64,000 bases of DNA, taken from the NCBI GenBank assembly GCA_024704765.1, contig JAKMXF010000319.1:1-64000 (forward strand), given 5' to 3'. The stretch comes from Oopsacas minuta. Taxonomy: Eukaryota; Animalia; Porifera. The translations under genes and the position numbers were made by a program. The notes under the pieces are model-generated. The model made no database searches. It was not told where the DNA came from and saw only the letters and a program-made list of their open reading frames with translations. Within the stretch, counting starts at the first letter, position 1, and the number at the start of each line of letters is the position of its first letter. This document shows positions 1 to 13,400 of the stretch, piece by piece.

Positions 1-205
1 GATGAATTGAGAGAATTCTGACAGAAAACTGAGCATGGCTGGGTGACGAATTGAGAGAATTCTGTTAGAAAATTGGGCAGAGGTGAGTGACGAATTGAGG
101 GAATTCTGTCAGAAAATTGAGCCAAGGTGAATGATGAATTGAGAGAATCCTATAAGCAAATTGAGCAGAGGTTGGTGTAGAATTGAGAGTATGCCTGTAG
201 CACTG
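1..205. repeat. 44-bp minisatellite, about 4.5 diverged copies (truncated by window start)
   Basis: Units beginning GAYGAATTGAGRGAAT start at 1, 45, 89, 133 and 177. The period is 44 bp, not a multiple of 3. Confidence 0.85.
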
Positions 206-1467
206 TAATTGATAGAGAGAATACGACCGTGGAGGAGGAAAGGTAGTGAAGAGATGAGACATCTTAGAGAGATGTAGAAGAAATATTTGAATTGAAACTA
301 TTGCTCGCATTTATACTCTTTTCACTAGTGCAGTTGTTGCAGGCGGTGCAGTTGTTTCTAGTGTTGCAGGTGTTGCAAGCGTTACAAACATTTCAGTTGA
401 TGCAGATGGTAACTACGGAAATTTTATGGTTTATACTAAACATGTTGTGACACCTGCGACTCATCAACAAGTATATATACGATCAGAATTTAACATAATA
501 GAATCTTCTCTTCTTTTCTCTTTTCGCTTCCCTTGTCTCCATACCCTTCCTCATTTTCCTCTACTTAATTCAGACTTATCGAGGCAATTGCTACATTTGA
601 TCAAATCTCGAAACTGAGGTGAAAGTACAGAGTGTCTCAGGCGTGTTTCTCACAGCCAAGTTACTAAGCAGCATCGCTGAGGGACTACCATGGAGTTATT
701 CATATATTCGATGCTATAAATTGTAACCCAATCTCTTGTATATTGAGAAATAAATTAGATACTATAATCACTTCTCACGATTTCTAAGAATAATGGGCTA
801 GAACTTTAGAAAAGATGAAATACTATTATATTATACTGACTATACTATAAGGGTATGTTCTTATGAGAATACATTCCTTTATAAATTATAAGAACATTTC
901 CTTATAATTGTGAGAACATTCTCTTATAGATATACGATTGCATTTCATGACCAAGTAGTGACATTTGCTTTTTTTCAGCGATTTCTCACAAACATTCAAT
1001 CGAATTGCATTACAATTTCAAAACAAATGTGCCTGACGTAATTCATCGCCATTAGATTGATCCCTTCTGAATATTTAGACGGCTACATCCTATGCCGTCG
1101 TAAATAGTCTCACAATTTGTATTGTTGATCTGGAAATTGTATGAATGACTCGCTTAGAAGATATATCTGCTTTAAATTGTGGAGTCAATATATAGCACTG
1201 AATACTTTTCATGCGATAGAAGAGAGTTTAATGCCAATTATACGCGCTTAACATAAAAACTGTGGGATCCACTGTCCCTGCTTAATATCGAAATAGTGCA
1301 AACAACAACAACAACAACACAGTAAATATATTCTATCAATTTCAAAACATAATTTGGGTGTAGTGAACCAATCAATCTGTAGAAACTATACAAATTCTAA
1401 TAATTTTCAATATTATGCTAAAATTACACACAAACTAATTCAAATAATTTTACAGTTGAAAATATAT

Positions 1468-4400
1468 TTATTTCTTCTTTTTATCTTTCTTTTTTGATTT
1501 TTTCCCCTTTTCTTTGCCAACCGCTGATAATTCACTTTCTGCTTCGATGTACTTCTTTATTTTCTTGGAGAACTTGCTCGCATCTTTATCAGAACGATCA
1601 GAAAGCGCAAAAAATATTTGTGTATGAATAGGAAACATAATATTCAATGTAGTCTCTATTGCTTCTTCTTTTGTCTTTGCCATCTCGTCAATTGCAAGGT
1701 ACACTGAACCACCGTAATCATTCTTATTCCAAAGATCATGATCATAGAGTGACAACTGTAAGCAGGCACCTTTTAGTGTAGAAGGATTATCATTCAGTTT
1801 GAAATCAAAATCAAGTTTCCAATTCGGATTCTGAGTGTTACTTTGATGCTTTGTCTCTACCTTTTCGAATAATTCTTTCGGTAAAGTTTTGAATTTAATG
1901 TACGGATCACAACTGCCAATTGTATCCATTTTTGGGAGATTTTCGCCGCGGATTAATTTTAATTTTATTACATTTTCTGATTGTAAATGGTAAACTGAAA
2001 ACGTCAGTGATCCGTATTTCATTTCTACTGTTTTATTCGTCTCTGTTAATTGGCTGCAATATATAGCGATAAGATCTTCTGTGTTATCTCCGTATAGATT
2101 AAGTGCTGATTTTAACAGTTTATACTCATCTGTTTCTAGATCTTCCGTCTTCAAACCGTTTCCATCTACATATAGGAAATTGTAGAAGATATCTACTGCT
2201 GCAGCCATTTTGGTACAGTAGCTGCCCTGTTTGGATTTGCTTTTCTGTAACTCTGCAAGAAACATTGGTAAAATAGAACAGAACTGGGTTAGTACATAAA
2301 GCATAGTTGTCAAGTGCTAACCATTTCGTAATCCATGCATTATCCGGAATTTTACAAGAAATGCATGGATGAATTACTGAAAATAGAGTTTTTCCTTCAT
2401 AAATAGCCTGAGATTATCATTTATGGATATATCACTTGAAAATCCAGCTTTTTGCAATACTATCCCTGCAAATTATTATGCGAATGGTTGTATGTATTTG
2501 TAAGTTCAACAATATACTAAAATGTTTGTATTTTCTACTCAAAGCCACAAACCTGCACAAATCTTTATAATTTCATGCCACATACACTCCAAGAGCAACT
2601 GAAACTCCTCCTGGCATAGAGTTGTCCAAGTTCCTTCTAGGTTATTAGCCATCCAATTCATTAATACATCAATCGCATCATCAATAGACTCTTCTAACGG
2701 TTTTTTCATAAAATCATTGAAATATATTTTAAACTGTTTCGTGAAAGCTACTATAATCTCCTTTAACATTAAACTTTTATCTTTTTCAATTGCTGCAATG
2801 GATTTCTCGAGTATTTTCCTCCATTCTTCTACTAGAACTTTGTTGTCTTCTGATTCTTGGATTAATTCTTCCCAATTCAAGCGTTGAGGAATCTCTCTCA
2901 TATATTCCAATACTACCTGAAACAACGTATACAGTATACTTCGCTTAATCTGGACAAATGGCTTGGCCCCAATGTGACCCTATTAAGCCGAGTCTACTGT
3001 ATTAATATAAGCAAAACTATCAATTATACATTAGCAATTTATACTGACGTATAGTCGGACTCTAATTATAAGAAAATATAAATACATCTTACCTGTGTAT
3101 TGTTAATGCTCACACAAGTGTTCTCGTTGAGCTCAAAGATTGCTTGAGATTTCTTATCCTTCTTGTCCATATCACCAATCATAATCTTAATCATTTGAGA
3201 ACTGTAGAATTTACCAATATCACAGATCATTTTCACAACCTTTGCTATAGAAAATAGAATTACAGTAAATAATCTGTTGAATTATTTTTCCCATAAATAG
3301 AGAGCTAGAATGTTATCCAATTAGTTACCTATAATATGTGATCCCTCTTCTTCATGATTCCAGCTCAATTGTCTATTGAACTGATAGCACTGCTCAAAGC
3401 AAATCGCGATGTCAATAGCAGATGACGTAACTTTCATTCTGTTGTTGTCTTGTATTATTACTTCACGCGTATCAATCTCTATTGCTCGTTTCACAGTTCC
3501 TAGATAGTGGTATTTATATAATGAGCTCGAGGGAGCCAGTAAACCCCCACAAAGAGAACACGGATATGTCAAACTCAACGCTTATCTGAAATTGTGCAAA
3601 TATGCTGCAAATCCATCAAAGTAACATATATTTTCGTCGGTTATATCAAACTCTGCTTATATAGGAGTATTTATCGCTTTCCCCTGAGCTTCGATAAACC
3701 TGAAATTGAATGTATTGCCAGATAGTCAAGTACATGTACAATCTCACCTATAGAAATATTTCTGGCTACATCCATCCAACTGAGTACATAAGGCTTAAAC
3801 CAGACTTGATAATCCTCAAATTCGTATTTCTTTGCTCTTATTTCTTCATTGATAATGTGCTCTTTGAATTGACAAATATCTTTAACATGCTCGTATAGCT
3901 AATGGATCAGGAAGCTGAATTTACAATACATTTGCATAGACCTTAATAAAATATCAGATTTACTGACCTTTAGAATTAAAATAGCTAAAGTGAATTGCTC
4001 CCTTTTATTCTCTTCAGTCATCTTCTTGTCTTCCATAGAGATTTGCTCAAAGTATCCTTTGAAATCAGATGAACTGAGCAGACGGGAAACTTCTTGAGAA
4101 ACAATCTCATCCAGAATCTGATATGCAATGTCGAAGTAACTTATTCCAGTCTGTTCAAAAGCCTGAAGAGTAGAAGATAGTATTTACATACCGTCGTAGG
4201 TAAATTGATAGTGGTAAGGAAAGATTAGAAGTTGTTAAGTAAGGTTAGAAAGGTCAGGCCTGCCCCATAGAGTTGTACAGGTGAAGGCACAAAATGGAAG
4301 GCATTTCCCTAGCGTTCCTGGCCGTTCCACAGGCGTTGAGTTACATGAAATCACACAGTACGCCTGTACCAAGACAATTATCCAATAACCAACCTGTGGA

Positions 4401-7400
4401 TACAACAAATGTACTGTAATTAAATCCTGTGCTACCTCAGCACATAGATTAGTTAGTGTAGTAATCCTGATGGTATGAGTTGATTTATCAGCTGTTGTAG
4501 TTAACTGTAAAGGCTGTGAATTAGCATTAAGGACTTTATACCAGCTGTGTATGTCTTCCTTTAAGTTTGGCGTAATTTCAAGGTCCAATTCTAAGTTTGT
4601 ATTAACTCTCCCTAAATGAATTATTGAATTAATATACTGCAACAAGTACTTGTTATATAATGTACAAATAGAGAGATTTCCTGTATGCTTTGCTCGTACT
4701 AATAACTGTACTGACTATAGACATAGCATTGAAATCACTGGACATAGTATTCCTTATAATTTCCGTAAACGGTGCAGAGCCAGAATATAATAGATTTTAC
4801 CATCGGGTGTGCACTGAGTAACAGGGTTTAGATTTGACCAAATATGGTATTTTTATGATACATTTCCCATTTTAATTGTATTAGCTTATCGAATTTTCCA
4901 AATTTCATATTAGGTGTTTAAATCTATAGAAAAAATTTCTGTATAATTTTCCGCATATTTTGCAATACAGAGCAAAATTGAATTTCCATTACTTTGAATT
5001 ATAATTATTTACCTAGTTTTTTGAGGAAATTAAACGTTGTAGTAATAGTTTGTATAACTTCTTTGAGTATGAATTGTCCTGTGTTAGAGTTTGGAGGGAA
5101 TAATATTCTACTCTGCTTCAAGAGAGACATTTCATGACTCAAGATTTCTTCAATATCCCCTATTACTCCTTTAGTTACGTCCTCAGTTAATGTTGTATGT
5201 TGTGTCTCCCAATTTGTAATTATTTCTTCAAGATATCCTATATACAAATATTTGATAGAAATATAGAATTTTCTAGAAGATACGAGCTGTAACAAAATTT
5301 AATTGTTTGTCTGTCTGTTCGTTTGTTTGCTTGTTTCTAAATTTGTTTGTTTATTTGTTCATTAGTTAGTTCGTTCGTTCATTCTATCGTTAGTCTGTTT
5401 GTTTGTTTGTTTGTTTGTTTGTTTGTTTGTTTGTTTCCTAAACTTTAATGCCGAAATTGTTTCACAAACATTTCTAAATACCGAACCTTTCAATAGTTCC
5501 CTTTGATAACTAAATTTTATAAGGTATTTAGCACTTCCTCCCAGCCTAGCCACAGATTGGGAGAAGCTGTCAACTTGTAGTAATTGTATAACTTTATCAG
5601 CAAGGAAAGTATGTATATCTTTCATTGAATGATTTCTGTTTACATCAACATCTTTGATATACTGATGTCTTGCTGACTCAATATAGAAGTCTCTAAGCAA
5701 GGATAGACCATATCCATTTGTCTTTATAGTTTCTAATTCACTGTCTTGTATTCTGACAATAATTTCTGTAGTAATCTGTAAATGTTATAGATTTTAATTG
5801 AAGATCTCTTTAAATTAAGCACGGATATACCGAAATAGCGGCTTATATCGAAGTAACTATCGCGGTTCCTTGAGCTTCGATATTATGTATTTTACCTGTA
5901 TATTTCCTTTGGCTTTGTTCAAACTCTTTCCATGTAGTGTAAATTCATGCTGTGTTTTCTCATTATGTAATGTGTTAATATCGATACAGCGCTTACCTAA
6001 GAATTTATATAAAATTCATAAGGTTCAGATTCAGATGTAATGAATTATAATGTTCAGTTGCAATCTCTTTGATCGGTACAATATTCGCTTAAACATTCAT
6101 TGAATAGCAAACTTTGCATGCAAATTAAGTAACATTGCAATCAAGTATAATTACCTAAGAAATCGTCTTGTCCAGGTTTAAAGAAGTCAATAATCTTAAA
6201 CTTTAATCCTCTAAATCCTTTGATAGCACTCCTGCCCTCATTCTGCTGCGCTATATCATCGTCCCAAACTTCCATCACCAAAACTCTTGGTTGTTCAACT
6301 AATAAAAGCTCAAAGGTTTCCTCCCAAACTGGATCCAATGTCTTTCTCTGAATTTTAGATTTCTCCATCTGTTCTGGATCTGGGATAGACTTTAAGGATT
6401 GCTTACCGACTACAGATTTATCTCGTGGGACTAAGCCTAGAAATATTTAAACAGTTGAAAACGCGTATAACGAACACAGATGAAGCGCAATCACTTGTCT
6501 AAGTATTCTTACAGAGTTACTCTCACATTTGCATTATATCAATGCATTCATATTCTCTACACAAATCTAACAGTAATATCTTACCCATTCTACAATATGG
6601 ATCAGAGAATCCATCTTGATCAGCTGATGGCAGTCCATGAGCTTCGTGTACAGTCAGTATTAATACTTTCTGATACTTTGCAGTTGAGGATAGTCTTGCT
6701 TGCCAGCTTTTCTGTTCTTCAGTGCTTGCTTGTAGAATGTCTTGTACCTAAATACATGGTACATAATTCATGGCTATAAATGGATCACAGATCTCTTGAA
6801 TTATATTTGATATTGCGTTGATAGCTTTCAATTCTTACAAACAAATATCTTAAAATAATTCCAAAGATATATTTGCAAAAATCCTGGCAAATTCGAACAA
6901 ATTCATGAATTTCCATATTTTAATTCATTATTCAATTTCTGCCAATTATTTGTAAACACAAGACTCAATAAAATTGGAAATAATTTCTGAATTTTACTTG
7001 CATTATTGAAGAAGTTTGGCGAGTATGGAATATTCATTCGTTACGAATTCTAAATTAATTTCCGCCCTAATGATGATTTAATCATATTTCAAGTCCCATA
7101 GCTCACTTGTTTATGCATTTGCTGTGAGGTAAAGCTAGAATTAGCTTCTGCTGCTGATATCTTCCCATCCTTTAATCTATCCTCTAACACTGTAGCACTG
7201 TTTACCACTCTCATCAATAGTTTATACAAATCTTCTCGAGTAGCTAAACAAGATATCTACATTATTTTCTTGTTAAAATATTCAGTTTGTGAGCGGTTTT
7301 GCCCAATCAAGGTTTGCTGGACAGCTTATTCGTCCAATTTGGAATTCATTATTTATGTAACTTACTATTATTTAGTTTGCATTTTGATTCAGTCTCTTTG

Positions 7401-7690
7401 CTAAAGTTATTTGGCGGTCTCCTCTCTATTTCTTCACCCTCTGGTATCATTTTTACTTCAGAATAATAATCAGTTTTAGATGAAATAACTTGTGAAGCCA
7501 TAGCGAACAGATCTAAATACGTTGATGGATCAACCAAACCTTCTTCTATGCTCTGTTTATGTGTTTTTAGCTTTTCTCTAGAACTTTTATTCATAGAATC
7601 GAATAACTTTGATGAAGTTTTCATAACTGTTCCTCCTCTCAATCGACGTTTCCATGTTTTCTCTTTATTTTTCGGCGTAACTTCTGCCAT
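1468..7690 (-). CDS. Munc13-4/BAIAP3-like C2-MUN-C2 vesicle priming protein (multi-exon)
   Basis: ATG at 7690. C2A exon (KSKIQRKTLDPVWEETF...MEVWDDD, 6141-6368). Helical MUN-type exons at 5700-2539. Terminal exon with C2B (LIRGENLPKMDTIGSCDPYIK...LSLYDHD) and stop at 1468. UNC13D and BAIAP3 cannot be told apart by eye. Confidence 0.8.
2932..2999. mobile_element. 68-bp Tc1/mariner-type MITE in intron
   Basis: Ends CAGTATACTTCGCTTAAT and ATTAAGCCGAGTCTACTG are inverted repeats with 3 mismatches, flanked by TA on both sides. Confidence 0.7.
5397..5436. repeat. (GTTT)10 microsatellite in intron
   Basis: Read directly. It explains the TNKQ repeats at the end of ORF 5362..5700. Confidence 0.9.
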
Positions 7691-8615
7691 TCTTTCTTAG
7701 ATCCTAACGAACGAATTTAAAATTAAGCATTTCTCATACTCAAAGCATTATTCTTCTAATATTCTGAATTATTTTAATTATTAGAGATGGTCTATACTCA
7801 ATCATTTGTTTTACAGAATTATGAATTTATTTTCCCGCTCAATAATGTCAGGCTCTTCCAAGTTGAAAATTAGATTCACAAATTTCATATTTTCAATACG
7901 GCAATTGCCCGAATTTATGTTATAATTTTTAGCGATTCGTCCAATAGACAGCATAATGACAGAATTATTACTTGTATCTCTTCGACATTGCATTTATACA
8001 AATTCGGATATTTGTTTCAATCTGTAATACAACTATGAATTGATTGAATGCCTCCAATTCGAGGTAATCTGAGCTGAATTGTTTATCTAATTAACTTGCA
8101 GTCTGATATCTAAAGTGTAGGCTAGTTTGTGGAAGTAAAATTGAGAAATCTATCTTCTAATTCGTCAAAATATGTCCAATTGAGTATCTCATATTAATAT
8201 TTACTGATTCAGTGAACTTCAGGCGAATTCTGTTTACCAAAAAGTCTGCAATTTGCTGATTAGACTAACGCACAATTATGCTAATTTCTTGGTTATTTAA
8301 TTAGTTGACATGTTATTACGAGGTAATCAATTCCAGGAAGATAATGGTTGCATCAGGGAGATTTTGCTAACTTCACATCTAATGATGTTGTTATTCCCTC
8401 TCAGCACACCTACTTGGAAAACCTGAAAACTTGACAATTCCAAGTCGATTTGATTTATTTGAGTATCTTTGAGCAATTAGTATAGTGGATACCGGTTATA
8501 AGAACATCATCACTAGCTTGGTTCATAATACTCGACCCTAGCTGCATATATTTACTAACTGTGTACACGTACGTACATTCTGAAACCTCATTGAATTGGC
8601 CTTTCTAGATATAAA

Positions 8616-10120
8616 ATGCCTAAACGCACTCCAAAGCGTGTAATAGTCCATCCTTTGGTACTACTGAGCGTGGTAGATCACTTCAATAGAATGTCAAAAG
8701 AAGGAAAGAGAGTAGTCGGTTGTCTTCTCGGATCCTGGCGTTCTAACGGAGTTGTAGACGTTTCGAACAGTTTTGCTGTACCATTTGATGAAGACGACAA
8801 CGACCCAACTATCTGGTACTTAGACCATAACTACATGGAGCAAATGGCTGCCATGTTCCGCAAGGTAAACTCCAAAGAGAGAGTAATAGGATGGTATCAT
8901 TCAGGACCTAAACTGAGGATAAATGACGTAGCTGTGAATGATATAGTCTCTTTGTATTGTAATGATCCCATTCTGGTGATGATACTAGCTCAACCCAAGG
9001 AGTTAGGTTAGTTAGATATTTGTTTATGGATACAGCCAACTCCTGTTATATCGAATCTCAAGGGACCGAATTAATTACTTGGATATAAGCGGGTATTTCC
9101 ATATATTCTTGTTCGATAACTGGAGTTGACTGTATTCCACAGGCAATTGTGCTATATATCCGATTTATTTATCAACCAGTAATTACTCTGATCTCTATAT
9201 AGGAATACCAACAGACGCATACTACGCTGTAGAAGAAATACACGACGATGGAACTCCTACCAGTAAGACGTTCAACCATGTAGCCTCAGAGATCGGAGCA
9301 GAAGAAGCAGAAGAAGTAGGAGTAGAGCATTTACTCAGGGATATAAGAGATACTACTATAGGTTCTCTGTCTCAATCTGTGTCTAGTCAGTTACAGAGTG
9401 TTAAGGGACTTATGGGGCATACTCAGCATATAGAGTTATATCTTTCTAAGGTATGTACTGGGTTTTACAAGTGAAGATATCAGGAAACTGCGTGATATCG
9501 ATACTATTTAAATATCGCGAATTTTCCACATTTTTCGATATTTTATACAAAACGAAAAATATCAGCTGATGTTCCCTCATGTTTTGACTCGATATTCTAA
9601 TACAATCAACTCCAGTTTTATCGAAGCTCTAGAAACCGCGATACAAAATATATATAAACGGGTTCGATACAAGTGATATAACCGAAGGAATTTATGTTAC
9701 ATTTACGGTTTCTGTACAATTTCTGAATTGTATATAATCATGAATTGGCTATATTCTTACAGTACTCCGATCTGCACTACCAGTCTGCTACTATACATAT
9801 TGCATTTGGTTTTTACCTATTAATTACTACAGGTATTAGACGGCACATACCCTGTCAACCACACAATAATATATCTCCTACAAGACATCCTATCTCTCCT
9901 ACCTGACCTAACCCTTCCTCAATTAATCTCATCCTTCTACTCAAACGCTAATGACCGTATGCTTGTAATATATATCGTATCTCTCGTGAGAGCTATCATA
10001 GCTCTACATGATCTTATTGATAACAAGCTATCCAACCAGGCCATCGAGAAGGAAGTTAAGGAAGAGAAAAGGAAGGATAAGACTGTTGTAAGTAAGGAAA
10101 CAGAGAAGGAGAAAGTTTGA
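8616..10120 (+). CDS. PSMD7: 26S proteasome lid subunit Rpn8 (3 exons)
   Basis: MPN domain [17 protein letters not shown]...[11 protein letters not shown]. Exon 2 [19 protein letters not shown]. Exon 3 [29 protein letters not shown] at 10118-10120. Confidence 0.95.
9033..9132. mobile_element. 100-bp Tc1/mariner-type MITE in PSMD7 intron 1
   Basis: 5' end CAGCCAACTCCTGTTATATCGAA, 3' end TTCGATAACTGGAGTTGACTG, TA on both flanks. Confidence 0.75.
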
Positions 10121-10455
10121 ATTGTTGTGTAGTTTGTTAGTGGAAATTATCAAAGTTATAATTACTTTAAGATTATTCGCTTCAGTCAGGGCCTTAGGAA
10201 GCGTTAATTCTATGCTCCATGAGTCAGCATTGCCACTTTGTATTACTATGCTTACATTGGCCAATTTCGTAAATGTTTGATGCCAAAATCGTGAGATTTT
10301 CGAAAATCCGACGAGTTGATGGAGCAAATGGCTTCCATGTTGGGTGACAATTATGTCATTCTTCAGTCGAATAGTTAACGCCCCCTAGCAGACATTTTTC
10401 ACTTCCACCATTTGAGTATTTCATTTCTATATTTCAATTCAGCAAGGTTTACATA

Positions 10456-13400
10456 ATGCTAAGTATCAGATCACTTAAACATATTTCTAAATCGCGATTA
10501 ATCTCGCCTGAATGTGCACCCTCTCAAAACATCCGCCCTCGCATGTTTCACAGAGGTACAGTACACGATCCGACTAAGAACCCAATCACTAATGAGAGCG
10601 CTACTAAGATATTGAGAGAGATGGTTGGACATTTATGGCCTCATGACGCTCCTTCTCTCAAATACAGAGTTGTAGGTTTGAATTTTAGTTAATGAGGAGC
10701 TTGTTTTAGCTCTACATGATATCCATCTAAGCATTTCATTACAATTATCTTATTATATGACGTCATCATATTACAAAGTGGTCTCTTCATAGAAAATATT
10801 CTATTGTATTGTGTAGTTGAATATCACTGAGAAAATAGTGAAAAATTTCTAATACAGGTCTTGTGCCGGGTCTCCAGAGGTTTACTTGTAATTCCTATAC
10901 AGTGCCATACAGATAATCCATCGCAATGGGTCATCGAAATCTGTACAATTAAGCTATACACGGGTTTGTGGATTATCCGTGTGACGCTATAATGACAATA
11001 TTCATACGGCAGGTAATCTTATACTGTAGTGGAGCTTAAACAAATTTCTAATTTACAGTAGCCTTATGATCAAACATAATTCTTCTATGTAGATATATAT
11101 TCAATTTCTCTCTACAGGTGCTCTTAGCTGTTTATTCGGTGCTAAGCTTCTCAATGTACAAATTCCATTCCTTTTCAAATACGCTATAGATTCACTACAG
11201 GTATTACCTCAGTTAGATTCTGTAGAACATACTATCATTACTGGATCTGCTGCATTTGTTATTGGATATGGAGCTGCTAGATTAGGTATATATGTATTTG
11301 TATTTATTTATTTGTTTGGCTCAATGATTCCTTATAATTATCCATACAAATACAGGCTCGACTTTATTCAGCGAACTCCGTAACTCAATCTTCGCTAAAG
11401 TAGCTCAGACTTCAATTCGGAAACTAGCACGTCGTTCGTTCTCCCATCTCCATTCCTTAGACCTAGAATTCCATCTCTCACGTGACACAGGTGGATTATC
11501 ACGTGCTCTAGACAGAGGCACAAGAGCTATAAACTTCATATTGAATGCTATGCTGTTTAACTTGTTACCTACATCATTTGAAGTATTGCTAGTAGCAGGA
11601 TTACTTAGTTATAACTGTGGTTGGGAGTACGGAGCTATTTCTATGCTTACTATGGCTGTATATAGTATATTCACTTTCTCAGTTACTCAATGGAGAACTA
11701 AGTATGTAAGTTTTCAAGTTGGTTATAACGACGTGATTCTGAACCTCCATAGCTTGAAAGATATTGGTTATACTCCGCTTAAAGCGAAACGAATCGCGGT
11801 TCCTAACACTTCGTTATAACGAGAGTTTATTGTGTATTTCTTCTTAGGAAATTTCCGATAACTTAAATATCCTTAAGTAACTGGCATTACATACTAATTT
11901 GATGTATGCAACACTGGAATCGTTCTCATTTTTGCAAATTTTCAGCAAATTTCTAGTGAGAACTTAAGCTTGAGATTTTGATAAGTGAATATTTCAGGGT
12001 CACCCTAAACGATACATTAATACGTCATAAGATATGTATTTTTCCAGGATTCAATGTTCATATCAAATTGTGTTGCATTCTGAGTTACTTAATGTAATAT
12101 TCAAGATTTCCTATTTCACTTATATACGTTACTATTAGAAAATGACAAATGTCTATCCATTACAGATTCCGTGTTGAGATGAACAAAGCAGACAATTCGG
12201 CAGGTCGCAGGAGTTTAGAATCTCTCTTAAACTATGAAACAATAAAATACTGTAATGCAGAAGAGCTAGAAGCAGAGAACTATGACGTATCTCTACAGGA
12301 ATACCAGAAAGCTAGTCTCAAGACTACAACATCCCTATCACTACTTGGATTCGGACAGTCTGCTATATTTACATTAGCTATGGCTGGTACTATGTTAATG
12401 GCTGTTAATGCTATTCAAGCAGGTTCTATGACTCCTGGTGATCTGGTTATGATTAATGGACTGCTGTTCCAGTTGTCTATACCTCTAAATTTCTTAGGTG
12501 AAAAATATAAAGTAGACTCCGGTTAACAGAGCCATAATCAAATGTTGTGTAAATATGATTAATCATATGATAAATCATTTAGATATAGTTAGGAATGGCA
12601 AAATCGGACTCTACGTACAGAATTACTCCTGAAAACATGTTGAAACTGTTTTTTTTTTCATCGAAAGGTGTGATAATTTCATTTTATGAAGGTGCTAATA
12701 TCCGTCCAAAAATGTATATGTATACCAATTTTCATGTTATTCAGACTGCTAGATTTCGCATGACCGCACGGACGGACATACTAACATAGCTGTACGTGTT
12801 TAATTATCTGTTTACTTCCTGTGTAGGATCTGTTTACCGTGAGATAAGACAATCCCTCATAGACATGCAGAATATGTTTGTACTATTCGACAAGAAACCA
12901 GTAATAACAGAGAAGATCGGAGCTCCTAGCATTATAGTATCTAATACAGAATCTGCTATACAATTTGATGGAGTATCTTTTGGTTATTCTCCTGAGAAAA
13001 TGGTTAGAATTTATGTATATTCACGATTCCTAACCCTGGGGTCTATCGTCCCTTTGGTTGTCTACGGACGTCAGCGGGGGTCTATGAGGTACAGATAATT
13101 TGGTGAAATAGGTTACTACTTTTATATGAAGAATTCCTGAAATCTAAATCAATGAATTCCTTACTTAAAATTATGTGGAAATAGGCAATAATTGGTTCAT
13201 ATACAAATGTATATGTAAACTCCAAAAAGGGCCTGTGAAATCGGGGAACTTCTGGAAATGGTCTCTTAAAAATGAAGCACAGACGTGAAATTAGGCAGAA
13301 ATGTTGTAGTATTTTCGGCGTTCTCTGGGGCGTCCGAGAATCTAGCATAGTATGGCATTATATTAAGCCTGTCCTGCAGGCTTAATATAATTTAATTCGT

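Noticed and set aside
311-412. Possible minus-strand terminal exon (LPSASTEMFVTLATPATLETTAPPATTALVKRV-stop) after a TTCCGTAG acceptor
   Set aside because: No convincing upstream exon or homology. It could be chance in a GTTGCA-rich tract.
5362-5445. TNKQ repeats at the end of an ORF
   Set aside because: Read-through into the intronic (GTTT)10 microsatellite.
7750-8540. Short ORFs and protein-like fragments between the Munc13-like gene and PSMD7
   Set aside because: Stop-interrupted, with no recognisable motif.
10028-10327. Minus-strand 99-aa ORF
   Set aside because: Antisense shadow of the PSMD7 last exon and 3' region.
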